Source: Methanobacteriota archaeon (GTDB lineage: Archaea > Thermoplasmatota > Thermoplasmata > SG8-5 > DAIRED01). Taken from it: a DNA stretch of 13,528 bases. The position numbers and the translations under genes are program-made. The stretch lies in contig JAZDNO010000013.1 in assembly GCA_043799545.1 (NCBI GenBank), positions 1 to 13,528 of the forward strand, written 5' to 3'. Shown here in pieces: positions 1 through 8,072 of this stretch (position 1 is its first letter; the number at the start of each line of letters is the position of its first letter). The notes below the pieces were generated by a model. The model made no database searches and was not told where the DNA came from. It saw nothing but the letters and a program-made list of their open reading frames with translations.

Positions 1-238
1 ACTTGGCCTTGTAGTCCTTGACCCCACGGAGGATTGCCCTTTCCATGATTATCTTGAAGAATGTGTAAATAACTGTGAAAGCTACCATGGTCTGGAGCGT
101 CTTCCCCATGAACGGGCCGAGGTTGACCGAGAGCACCGTCAAATCCGGGTATTTTCGTTCAACGTAAAACAAGGCGATTATTGCGACAATCAACCCTGCC
201 ACTATCGAGATGCGCTCGCTGATTTCCGCATACTTCAT
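1..238 (-). CDS. 5' part of a membrane protein, probably a second MscS-family mechanosensitive channel (runs off the window edge)
   Basis: Not in the ORF track; translated by hand from ATG at 238: MKYAEISERISIVAGLIVAIIALFYVERKYPDLTVLSVNLGPFMGKTLQTMVAFTVIYTFFKIIMERAILRGVKDYKAK, open to base 1. Two hydrophobic segments, GGAG upstream, ATGA overlap with the stop of the upstream MscS gene. The MscS assignment is by resemblance only. Confidence 0.6.
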   Translation of the reverse strand, partial: MKYAEISERISIVAGLIVAIIALFYVERKYPDLTVLSVNLGPFMGKTLQTMVAFTVIYTFFKIIMERAILRGVKDYKAK

Positions 239-1641
239 CCTGTGTTCTCCTTCGGAGGCCATTCGTACTTCCAGGCCTCGTCTCTCCGGATGATGTTCCA
301 TGATGGAGACAGTATCTCAACGCCACCTGAGTCGAAGGCTTCCTGCACCTTCGCGATGAGGTCGCTCCTCGTCATCTTCATGACCTTTGCGGTCTCGGTG
401 TAGGCGAAGAGCTCGTACTCGATGTAGAAATTGGCCAGGTTCGTCGCGAAGACTGTCGGCGCGGGATCCTTGACTATCCCCGGAGTCCCCTCTGCGGCTT
501 TCGTGAGCAAGGCCTTCACCGTCTCGAACTTTACGTCGTAACCGATGCTGAGCGTGATGGAAATAGCGTAGCGGCCCGACTGCGAGAAGTTGATTATCGG
601 CCCCCCGGTTATGTCGTTGTTCGGTATATCCACTAATTCGTTCTGGAGCGTGCGAACTTTCGTGAAGAGTATCCCCTGTTCGACAACGTCGCATATTAAA
701 CCATCCTTGAACTTCACCCGGTCTCCGTCCTCGAACGGCTTGAACGCCATCAGCACTACACCTGACAGAATATTTCCAATTGATCCTGTGGCAGCGAAGG
801 CGAATATCAGACCAACGAAGGTTGTACCGAGTATCAGCATCGTCTGACCGATTTCTCCGAGGTTCGCAAGCGTCAGCATGGAGAATAATATCAGTACAGC
901 GGCAAAGGCGTAAATCCCCCAACCGATCGCTTTACCGGCGAGGTTCGCGAGGTCAGGGCGCAGTTTGCTCCCGCTGCCCTTTGCGTAATCGGCCACGACC
1001 GTCTGTGCGAATTTGTTCGCGAAGTAGGCGACAATCACCAGCAGTACGATGAATCCCAGAATATTGCCGTTCTCGGCTATAAAGTCCAATATGCCGCTGC
1101 TCACGGAGTCCCCGACCTGGGGAATCTGGGTCATTAGAACGAGCATGCATAGGACTGCTGCGATGCCATAGATGATGTATTTCAGTACGAGGCCTGTTAT
1201 CGAGAGTGTCCTGGCCCGCACATCCTTCGTCGCGTCGCCTTTGTAGCTTGCCAGAAGGTATTGTATCAATCTCCTCTGGATCTTCACGAGGACCATCGCG
1301 ACCAAGACTATCAGAGCGATTGAGAAAACGGACGGCAGATACTTCAGCATCGGCGCCCAGATGTTGTCGTGGACCCACGGGATGGAGGCCGCCCCGATCA
1401 AGGTCATCAGCAGAACGATGGAGCCAGCTATTGAGATTTTGATTACCTTGTCTATTAAATCAATGGTATCGTGGTCGAAGTACTTGCTCTCGACCTTGCG
1501 CAGCTCTTCGAGGTGGTACCCGACGCGGACGGCAACGTAGACTATGGCGATAAGAAGCGCTACCAGCACAACCATCACGAGACCGTAGGTCGTGAGGAAA
1601 TCCGCAACTGCGTTGAAATCTATGCCGAACAGGTCAATCAC
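235..1641 (-). CDS. mscS: MscS-family small-conductance mechanosensitive channel with extended N-terminal transmembrane region
   Basis: C-terminal MscS signature (GNILSGVVLMAFKPFEDGDRVK, TKVRTLQNELVDIPNN, ISITLSIGYD, LANFYIEYEL) preceded by many TM helices; GTG start. Confidence 0.93.
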   Translation of the reverse strand: MIDLFGIDFNAVADFLTTYGLVMVVLVALLIAIVYVAVRVGYHLEELRKVESKYFDHDTIDLIDKVIKISIAGSIVLLMTLIGAASIPWVHDNIWAPMLKYLPSVFSIALIVLVAMVLVKIQRRLIQYLLASYKGDATKDVRARTLSITGLVLKYIIYGIAAVLCMLVLMTQIPQVGDSVSSGILDFIAENGNILGFIVLLVIVAYFANKFAQTVVADYAKGSGSKLRPDLANLAGKAIGWGIYAFAAVLILFSMLTLANLGEIGQTMLILGTTFVGLIFAFAATGSIGNILSGVVLMAFKPFEDGDRVKFKDGLICDVVEQGILFTKVRTLQNELVDIPNNDITGGPIINFSQSGRYAISITLSIGYDVKFETVKALLTKAAEGTPGIVKDPAPTVFATNLANFYIEYELFAYTETAKVMKMTRSDLIAKVQEAFDSGGVEILSPSWNIIRRDEAWKYEWPPKENTG

Positions 1642-1693
1642 CTACGCTTTCGTCCATGTTAGAATATTCCCTTGTTGTATATATTATTTTCCG

Positions 1694-2812
1694 TCAGAAG
1701 AGCCCGGCGAGCTTAGCCGCGATGGCCGCGACGGCGATTGCGACCGCTGCAACTGCTGCGCCAATCTTGGCCCAACTGTACGGCGCGTCCCCGTCGATTT
1801 TACCTGTCTGGCCGTTGACCATGAACGCGAACGTCTTGTCCCCGTAGCGATACGAGGCGATGTACAGCGGGAGGAGGAGATGCTTCCACTTGACGTCCGA
1901 GAAGTCGGTTTGCACGCTGAGGTCGCGCTGGGTGTCTCCATCCAGCATCGCCGAGCATGACTTTCTCTCGGAATCCGACATTTGCCCCCTCGCGGTCTGC
2001 CAGCAGTCGCGAGGGTCCACACCATAGGCCTCAGCCCCGAAGCCGGCGAGGAACTGGGACGAGTAGGGAACCAGCGCCGTCAGGTTATATGGGTAGATGC
2101 GCCCTATCCGTTCCTTGACCAGCCCCATAGACGCCGCCACCAGGACATCGTTGTAGAACGCCGCGTGGCTGCCAGACCTGAACTCCCACCGTATCTTCTG
2201 CACCTGCCTCGTCTGGCGCACGGACTTGCCGTTCACCACAGTCGTGTAAGACTCCGTGACGTAGTAGTAGTGGCCGGCGAAACCCGTCCATCGCGAGTTC
2301 GCGTTGGCGTCGAAAGTGAAATGCGGAACGTACGTCCCGTTTATCTGGGAGAGCATCGCCCTTTTCTTCAGGTCCGACGGGCGGAACCACAGGCCGGAAA
2401 TCCAGTTTTTAAAGAGATTGCCCCCGCGCGCCTTGTCGATGGCGAACGGGACGAGGCTCTCCGGGGCGACCATCCCGGGTATCGGCGGCACCTCGACCAC
2501 GACAGGCGAGTCGCAGAAGGCGCACTTCGTAGTCATCTGCGTGCCTGGAAGCGCCGAAGTCGCGCCGCACCTGTCGCACTTGAAGAATCGGGCGCTCGTG
2601 CCGAACCCCTCAGCGGTGGCGTGGGGGACCGGGTCCAACTCGTTGAAAGGATGCTCGATAATCGGCCTCTGCGGTATCGGAATCGGCTGCTCCTTCGAGC
2701 AGAACGGGCACTTCATGTTCACCGTGCCAGGCTCGTACTCGACGGCCGCACCGCAACCCGAACAGTTGAACTTGAGCTCCGAAACTTCGACGCCTTGCTG
2801 CATAGGAACCAT
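1694..2812 (-). CDS. Double zinc-ribbon protein with C-terminal membrane anchor, YdjG-like
   Basis: CSGC..CPFC and CDRC..CAFC pairs, 'VPFAID', 'YVPHFTFD', 'LLPLYIASYRYGDKTFAFMVNGQTGKIDG' and a terminal TM helix. Start moved to ATG 2812 because an AT-rich TATA-like box (2833-2844) lies about 25 nt upstream. Confidence 0.75.
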   Translation of the reverse strand: MVPMQQGVEVSELKFNCSGCGAAVEYEPGTVNMKCPFCSKEQPIPIPQRPIIEHPFNELDPVPHATAEGFGTSARFFKCDRCGATSALPGTQMTTKCAFCDSPVVVEVPPIPGMVAPESLVPFAIDKARGGNLFKNWISGLWFRPSDLKKRAMLSQINGTYVPHFTFDANANSRWTGFAGHYYYVTESYTTVVNGKSVRQTRQVQKIRWEFRSGSHAAFYNDVLVAASMGLVKERIGRIYPYNLTALVPYSSQFLAGFGAEAYGVDPRDCWQTARGQMSDSERKSCSAMLDGDTQRDLSVQTDFSDVKWKHLLLPLYIASYRYGDKTFAFMVNGQTGKIDGDAPYSWAKIGAAVAAVAIAVAAIAAKLAGLF

Positions 2813-2907
2813 GACAGAAAGTGCCTGTGAGGTAATAAAATATAGCTTGCGCATACTGGAAAACTATTCATACCTCTTTCTGTTTAGGCGAAGCCACGAA
2901 ACTGTAG

Positions 2908-2916
2908 TTATTAAAT
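2908..2916 (+). promoter_or_regulatory. TATA-like box upstream of the degenerate tRNA-Asn copy
   Basis: TTATTAAAT 21-29 nt upstream of 2937. A related box (ATAAAAT, 3046-3052) sits at the same spacing before the intact tRNA. Confidence 0.5.
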
Positions 2917-2936
2917 CCCTTTACACGAATGAATCT

Positions 2937-3000
2937 GCCGTCGTAGCTCAGCTGGTGCATCGGCCGAGCTGCGCAATTGGTGTACGTCCATGCCTCGGCG
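2937..3000 (+). pseudogene. Degenerate tRNA-Asn-like copy (pseudo-tRNA or tRNA-derived ncRNA)
   Basis: 2936-2957 is identical to 3072-3093 (22 nt). The 3' end TCCATGCCTCGGCG matches the tRNA end TCCTTGCGACGGCG at 11/14. The middle is 9 nt shorter, with no GTT anticodon loop and no T-loop. Confidence 0.65.
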
Positions 3001-3072
3001 AACCGCAAGGCATTTGGAGAGGTTCGCCTTCGGGAGTTCGTTCGGATAAAATCCTTTTGTTCGCAAACCCTT

Positions 3073-3145
3073 GCCGTCGTAGCTCAGCTGGTGGAGCGGC
3101 TGACTGTTAATCAGCAGGTCCAAGGTTCAAATCCTTGCGACGGCG
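3073..3145 (+). tRNA. tRNA-Asn (GTT)
   Basis: Cloverleaf: GCCGTCG/CGACGGC acceptor, GCTC/GAGC D-stem, GCTGA-CTGTTAA-TCAGC anticodon arm, CAAGG-TTCAAAT-CCTTG T-arm, G discriminator; no encoded CCA. Confidence 0.97.
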
Positions 3146-3147
3146 CT

Positions 3148-3194
3148 ATTTTTCATATGAAAATATTTGCTGGCGGGATCCGCCAGCCAAAAAT
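3148..3194. terminator. Probable bidirectional terminator region
   Basis: T-run right after tRNA-Asn, palindrome TTTTCATATGAAAA (3150-3163) and perfect 8-bp hairpin GCTGGCGG-GAT-CCGCCAGC (3169-3187), between the tRNA (+) and a convergent small ORF (-). Confidence 0.55.
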
Positions 3195-3379
3195 CAACCC
3201 CACCCTTCGAGCCGACCCTGGCAGTCATGACAGAAAGCCCTTGAGGAAGGCATCGGATTGCCACAGCGTGGACAGGGCCGAACGTTCTCCGCACCACCCT
3301 CAAAATCCTTGGGTGGAACTCGCTCGAGGTTGCCACGCCTGGCACGCGTTCGGATACAATTCGTGGTTTCCCGGCTCAT
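3194..3379 (-). CDS. Small putative zinc-ribbon protein (61 aa)
   Basis: MSRETTNC...CPRCGNPMPSSRAFCHDC; CxxC-x10-CxxC spacing; ends just before the hairpin at 3169-3187. The start is uncertain. Confidence 0.4.
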   Translation of the reverse strand: MSRETTNCIRTRARRGNLERVPPKDFEGGAENVRPCPRCGNPMPSSRAFCHDCQGRLEGWG

Positions 3380-3571
3380 AAGGTATCCCCGATTATTATG
3401 GCATTGCCCGAGCCCCTTGAAATAACCTGTCATTCATCCGTTTTCCATACAGCGCCATGCCAGTGGTCCAAAGATTGTTTCAGATGGCTGTAAAACAGCT
3501 ATAGATGATAATTAACAAAATAGGTTTATAATCATGTAATGACAATTCGCTATCGTAGAAAGAAGTGACAA

Positions 3572-3886
3572 ATGCTCCCCTCCTCTGCGATAAATTTAAC
3601 AATCGGTTCATGCGAAAACTTAATTCTTCTTATATACATTGGGTTACACGATGACTCTGGCATCGGAATGTACGAACTCGAAAAAAGCGGCAACGGATTC
3701 TCGCGTTGGTCACTCTACAAGAGCCGCGACGCGCTTCTGGCCCTCGCTCTCATCGAACGCGCGCCGGCGACGCATCTGGCAAGGAAGCCTTACCGTCTGA
3801 CACAGCGCGGGAAGGAAGTCGTTATCCTTTTCGATGATGCATTCACTCGTTTGAATTCAATCCTGGAAAGCGGCCATTGTAAATAG
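3572..3886 (+). CDS. Winged-helix DNA-binding protein
   Basis: Helix-turn-helix-like segment followed by the wing motif KPYRLTQRGKEVV; GAAGTGA SD-like site and TTTATAA box in the upstream AT-rich stretch. Confidence 0.65.
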   Translation: MLPSSAINLTIGSCENLILLIYIGLHDDSGIGMYELEKSGNGFSRWSLYKSRDALLALALIERAPATHLARKPYRLTQRGKEVVILFDDAFTRLNSILESGHCK

Positions 3887-3942
3887 CCTTTCTGGAGCAA
3901 CCGACCTTAGACGCCAACTCGATCGCGCAGAACCCTATTGGC

Positions 3943-4224
3943 TCACCGCTTGCCAGTAACCTTTATCACGTGGTAACCGAACTGGGTCTTCACGGGCGCG
4001 GACAGCTGGCCGACCTCCAGGTTGAACGCCGCGTCCTCGAAGGCCTTCACCATCCGGTTGCGGCCGAAGTACCCCAGGTCCCCGCCGCCCTTGCCGGAGG
4101 GGCAGGTCGACACCTTCTTTGCAATCTCCTCGAAGCTGGCCCCGCCCTTGACCTTCTGTATGATGTCCAGGGCTTCCTTCTCCGTCTTCACCAGTATGTG
4201 GCTCGCGCAGACTTCCTTTGGCAT
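3943..4224 (-). CDS. ppiC: Parvulin-type peptidyl-prolyl cis-trans isomerase (stand-alone, Par10-like)
   Basis: ASHILVK, FEEIAKKVSTCPSGKGGGDLGYF, MVKAFEDAAF, PVKTQFGYHVI; TTTTATA box at 4255-4261. Confidence 0.96.
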   Translation of the reverse strand: MPKEVCASHILVKTEKEALDIIQKVKGGASFEEIAKKVSTCPSGKGGGDLGYFGRNRMVKAFEDAAFNLEVGQLSAPVKTQFGYHVIKVTGKR

Positions 4225-4279
4225 GATAGCACCGGCAAGCCATTTGAAAACAGGTATAAAATTGTGCGCACTGCCCGAT

Positions 4280-4525
4280 TCACTCTTCCAGCTTATCGTC
4301 GCCGAATTGGCGGGCTACGCTCCGTATCATCGCGCCCTCCGCCAGGAAGGCCATGCCCGCTATCACGACGAAAACGTTGAGCCAGGTGATTATCGTCACT
4401 GCCATGACGAGCCAGCGCGGGTCGTCGGGGGACATGTCGCCCAAAGTCGCCACTCCGAGCGCAAACATGAGGAAACCGACGAGCATCATCATCACGCCGG
4501 TGCGGACCTTTACCGTCCTGACCAT
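4280..4525 (-). CDS. Small two-TM membrane protein
   Basis: Two hydrophobic segments joined by DMSPDDPRW; fills the gap between ppiC and the crotonase; ATG 4525 preferred over TTG 4534. Confidence 0.6.
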   Translation of the reverse strand: MVRTVKVRTGVMMMLVGFLMFALGVATLGDMSPDDPRWLVMAVTIITWLNVFVVIAGMAFLAEGAMIRSVARQFGDDKLEE

Positions 4526-4616
4526 GCATGACAATATGTATCACGGAGGATAAATTACTTTCGTCTCATGGTTGCGGCGCCATGCCAGAGCCTTGGTGCG
4601 CCTATGAAATCTTTCC

Positions 4617-5396
4617 TCAACGGCCCTTGAACGACGGCTTCCTCTTCTCCGCGAACGCGCCGGTCCCCTCCCGAAAATCTTCGGTCGCACCGGAAATCGA
4701 GATGAAATGCCTCTCCAGTGCCAGCTGCTCCTCCAAGGTGTTGTCTTTGGCGTGGTTGAGCAGCGCCTTCGTCCTGGTGATTGCAAGCAATGCGTTCACG
4801 GACAGCTCGGAGGCTTTCTTCCTGGCAAAGGGCATCAGGTCATCGGGTGGCACGACCCAGTTGGCGATGCCCCATTCCAAAGCCTCGGATGCGCCCAGCC
4901 GTTTGCCCGCCAGAAGCATCTCGGAAGCGCGCGCCCTCCCCACGTGCTCGACCAGCAGTTCCGTGCCGCAGCCGGGAGCCAGGCCTATTCCGGCGAACCA
5001 CATGCTCAACCGCGCCTCCGTAGACAACACTTTCAAATCGCAGGCCAGCACGAGGCTGCATCCCGCCCCTGTGGCGACGCCGTTCACGGCGGCGAGCACG
5101 AGCGCCGGCGAGCGCCTCACGGCGAGAACGACATCGTGAATAGGTTTCACCAGCTCCATCAGGAAACGCTCCGGATTCTTCGCCTCCCCCATCGCCTTCA
5201 CGTCACCGCCCGAGCAGAAGGCCTTGCCGCTGCCAGTGATTATTATGACCTTCGCATTCTGGCGCTCCGCGTCCTTCAGCGCGACGAAGAGCGCCGCTGC
5301 CGTCTCGGCGTCGAGGCAGTTCATCCTCTCTGGCCGCGTCAATGTCACGGCCGCCGTCCCGTCATCGACTTTCAGGGAAACCGCTTCGCCTGGCAT
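4617..5396 (-). CDS. Enoyl-CoA hydratase/isomerase (crotonase) family protein, PaaG-like
   Basis: TLTRPERMNCL, TGSGKAFCSGGDV, AAVNGVATGAGCSLVLACD, ASEALEWGIAN, DFREGTGAFAEKRKPSFKGR; GGTGA SD 4 nt before ATG 5396. Confidence 0.92.
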   Translation of the reverse strand: MPGEAVSLKVDDGTAAVTLTRPERMNCLDAETAAALFVALKDAERQNAKVIIITGSGKAFCSGGDVKAMGEAKNPERFLMELVKPIHDVVLAVRRSPALVLAAVNGVATGAGCSLVLACDLKVLSTEARLSMWFAGIGLAPGCGTELLVEHVGRARASEMLLAGKRLGASEALEWGIANWVVPPDDLMPFARKKASELSVNALLAITRTKALLNHAKDNTLEEQLALERHFISISGATEDFREGTGAFAEKRKPSFKGR

Positions 5397-5499
5397 GGTT
5401 TCACCGACCCCCATCGCGCACGCGGCTTATATTGGCTTCGCAGGGCCGCACAAAGCGCTTACCAGAAACGTAATATGCGCTGACCCCCATTCAGTGCCG

Positions 5500-6447
5500 A
5501 TGAGCCCCTTGAAGAGGTACGCTCCGCTCGTGGCCGTGGTCGTAGCCGCGTTCCTTGCCGGCAACCTCGTTTACAACGTGGAGAACCTCGATTGGGGGGA
5601 CGAGCAGGACCCGCCGGAGGGGTACTCCCAGCCCGTCGAGGGGCAGAGCGTCTCCAATTCCAATTCCATAGCCAACTCGCTGCGGTACGTCTTCGCAGGG
5701 ACGATAATCCTGCTGATGTGCGGCGCGATAGTCATGTCCGCAGGCAAGGCCGCGAAGGACCCGAAGGGGTTCCTGAAATCTATGGGGGCGTACCTCCTGG
5801 CCGGAGGGCTCATCATCGGGTTGTTCGGAATCATGGCCATGAGCGCCAACCCCCACGGCTCCGTCGGAAGCGTAATACCGTTCATAGGCAGCCAGACATC
5901 TCAGGGCACCGGAAGCACGGGGGACGAGCCGGGCGCGCCGACGCCGCTTGCATCTATCCTGGTTGTCGTAGCGCTGGCGTTCTTCGTCCTCATGGCCGTC
6001 GCGGCGTTCATATTCCTCGGCAAGGCCAGGCGCCCGATTTCTCTCGGCGGCGACAAGGACGATAAGAAGCGGGAGGTCGCGGCGGCGCTCGGGCGCGCGC
6101 GAGACGAGCTGGCAGTCGGCGGGGATTATCGCATCGCGGTGCTGAGGTGCTACAGGGACATGGTCAAGCTCCTGTCTGGGAAGGGCGTGAAGGACAGGGA
6201 CAGCATGACCGCCAGGGAGTTCGAGGCGCTGGCAAGCGCGGAGCTTGAGCTGGGAGACGAGCTTGGGGAGCTGACCGCGCTATTCGAGGAGGCAAGGTAC
6301 AGCCAGCATGACGTGGCAGAAACGCAGAGGGAGCGGGCAGCTCGCGCCTTCGACATGGTCCGAACGACCCTCCTGAAGACAGGGGATGGGCATATGGACG
6401 CTGTTGCATCAGTAAATGCGCTGGGGGTGATTGGCAATGGCAAATGA
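5500..6447 (+). CDS. DUF4129-domain membrane protein
   Basis: Several TM helices and a C-terminal domain with YRDMVKLL..MTAREF..LTALFEEARYS. The upstream part of the called ORF (5224-5499) is antisense to the crotonase gene and its promoter, so start at ATG 5500. Confidence 0.85.
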   Translation: MSPLKRYAPLVAVVVAAFLAGNLVYNVENLDWGDEQDPPEGYSQPVEGQSVSNSNSIANSLRYVFAGTIILLMCGAIVMSAGKAAKDPKGFLKSMGAYLLAGGLIIGLFGIMAMSANPHGSVGSVIPFIGSQTSQGTGSTGDEPGAPTPLASILVVVALAFFVLMAVAAFIFLGKARRPISLGGDKDDKKREVAAALGRARDELAVGGDYRIAVLRCYRDMVKLLSGKGVKDRDSMTAREFEALASAELELGDELGELTALFEEARYSQHDVAETQRERAARAFDMVRTTLLKTGDGHMDAVASVNALGVIGNGK

Positions 6448-7120
6448 CGATGAAATCGTGGCTGAGAACGTTAAAGGAGTTGCGCACAATGCGCAATACT
6501 TATCGCCCACGGATTCAAGCCTCGCGCAGGGCGACGATAGTGACTGGCGGGAGTACGTCGGCGAGACCCTGCTGGTCATATCGTTCCTTGGCGTGGCGTT
6601 CGCGATGCTGGCAATCCCCTTTGTGGTCTACGCCACGTACAGCGGTTCGTTCCGCTGGATAATCACCCTCGGGCTCGTCACCGTGGCAGCGGTCGCGGCC
6701 TTGTGGTTCATCTATCCCCTCGGGGCGAGGCCCAGGCATGAGCCCGAGCTAGAGTCGTTCGGAAAGGACCGGGGCAACTACGAGCCCTTGATGGAGATGG
6801 CCGATCGCGCGAGCCAGGGTTTTTCCTACAGCCAGAAGGCGCTAAACGAGCGCATGGCGGAGGCGTTCCTGGAGAAGCTCAGGATACGCAAGGGCCTGGA
6901 CCCGGGCGAGGTTTTCAGGCTATCGGAGAATGAGAAGGCGCTGGCGGTGGCGTGCGGGGATTCGGAGCTGGCCGCTTTCGTCGTGAGAAGCAAGGCCGCG
7001 ATAACGGAGCAGGCTGAGAGGAAGAGGTTCACCTCAAGGCGCCTGATGGCCAGCCGCGGCGCGAAGTTCAATGTCGAAGCGGCGAGAATCATCGAGCGAA
7101 TAGAAGCATGGGAGGGTTGA
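6437..7120 (+). CDS. Hypothetical two-TM membrane protein of the MoxR operon
   Basis: GGGGGTGA SD then ATG 6437; overlaps the previous stop; two TM helices followed by a soluble helical domain. Confidence 0.8.
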   Translation: MANDDEIVAENVKGVAHNAQYLSPTDSSLAQGDDSDWREYVGETLLVISFLGVAFAMLAIPFVVYATYSGSFRWIITLGLVTVAAVAALWFIYPLGARPRHEPELESFGKDRGNYEPLMEMADRASQGFSYSQKALNERMAEAFLEKLRIRKGLDPGEVFRLSENEKALAVACGDSELAAFVVRSKAAITEQAERKRFTSRRLMASRGAKFNVEAARIIERIEAWEG

Positions 7121-7121
7121 A

Positions 7122-8072
7122 ATGAAAGCGGACGAGGTTAAAAACGTGTGCGGCCAGGTGGCGGTCGAGGTGGAGAAGGCGATAATAGGAAAGAGAAGCG
7201 TCGTGGAACGGGTCATAGCCGCGATGCTGTGCGACGGGCACGTCCTTTTCGAGGATTTCCCGGGGCTGGCGAAGACCATGCTGGCAAAGAGCACCGCCGC
7301 CGCGACGGGGTGCGTGTTCAAGCGCGTCCAGTTCACGTCGGACCTCATGCCCGCCGACATAACTGGCACGTACGTCCTGAACCCGAAGTCCGGCAGCTTC
7401 GAGCTGCGGCGGGGGCCCGTATTCACGAACGTCCTGCTGGCGGACGAGATAAACCGCGCGCCGCCCAAGACGCAGTCCGCGCTGCTGGAGGCCATGCAGG
7501 AGCGCCAGGTTACTCTTGAAGGCGAGTCGCAGACGCTCCAGAGGCCGTTCGTCGTGCTGGCGACCCAGAACCCCATCGAGTACGAGGGCACGTACCCCCT
7601 GCCAGAAGCGCAGATAGACCGCTTCCTGATGAAGCTCAGCGTCGGCTACCCGGAGAAGGCTGACGAGATAGAAATCCTGAAGCGCAGGAAGGCCAGGGGC
7701 AAGGATGAGCCGGACATCGCGATGGTGGCCAGCGCTCAGAAGCTCCTGGAGATGCAGGCCTTCGTCGAGACCGTCCACATAGACCCGTCGATAATGGAGT
7801 ACTGCGCCGAGATAACGAGGAAGACCAGGGGCCACGGCCAGGTAGAGATTGGAGCCAGCCCCAGAGGCTCGCTCGCGCTCATGCGGCTGTCGTGCGCGAT
7901 GGCGGCGATGGCGGGCCGGGACTACGTTCTCCCAGACGATGTGAAATCGATCGCGGTGGAGGCGCTGGCCCACAGGATAATCCTCAAGCCGGACCCGTGG
8001 ATAAAGGGAATCAAGGCCGAGGTAGTGGTCCAGAAAGTGCTGGAGGAAGTACCGGTGCCGAAGGTGAAGTGA
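7122..8072 (+). CDS. moxR: MoxR-family AAA+ ATPase
   Basis: GHVLFEDFPGLAKT (Walker A variant), RVQFTSDLMPADITG, VLLADEINRAPPKTQSALLEAM, ATQNPIEYEGTYPLPEAQIDRF, ASPRGS; GGGAGG SD. Confidence 0.97.
   Translation: MKADEVKNVCGQVAVEVEKAIIGKRSVVERVIAAMLCDGHVLFEDFPGLAKTMLAKSTAAATGCVFKRVQFTSDLMPADITGTYVLNPKSGSFELRRGPVFTNVLLADEINRAPPKTQSALLEAMQERQVTLEGESQTLQRPFVVLATQNPIEYEGTYPLPEAQIDRFLMKLSVGYPEKADEIEILKRRKARGKDEPDIAMVASAQKLLEMQAFVETVHIDPSIMEYCAEITRKTRGHGQVEIGASPRGSLALMRLSCAMAAMAGRDYVLPDDVKSIAVEALAHRIILKPDPWIKGIKAEVVVQKVLEEVPVPKVK

Noticed and set aside
2958-3040. HDV-like or theta ribozyme in the tRNA-Asn leader (GCCGAG/CTCGGC stem, TCCATGC loop-like word)
   Set aside because: No P3 stem closes the loop, no GG follows for P1.1, and theta ribozymes lie 3' of tRNAs.
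2937-3093. D-loop intron or split tRNA interpretation
   Set aside because: No bulge-helix-bulge found; the downstream tRNA is complete by itself, and introns do not end in a copy of the 5' exon.
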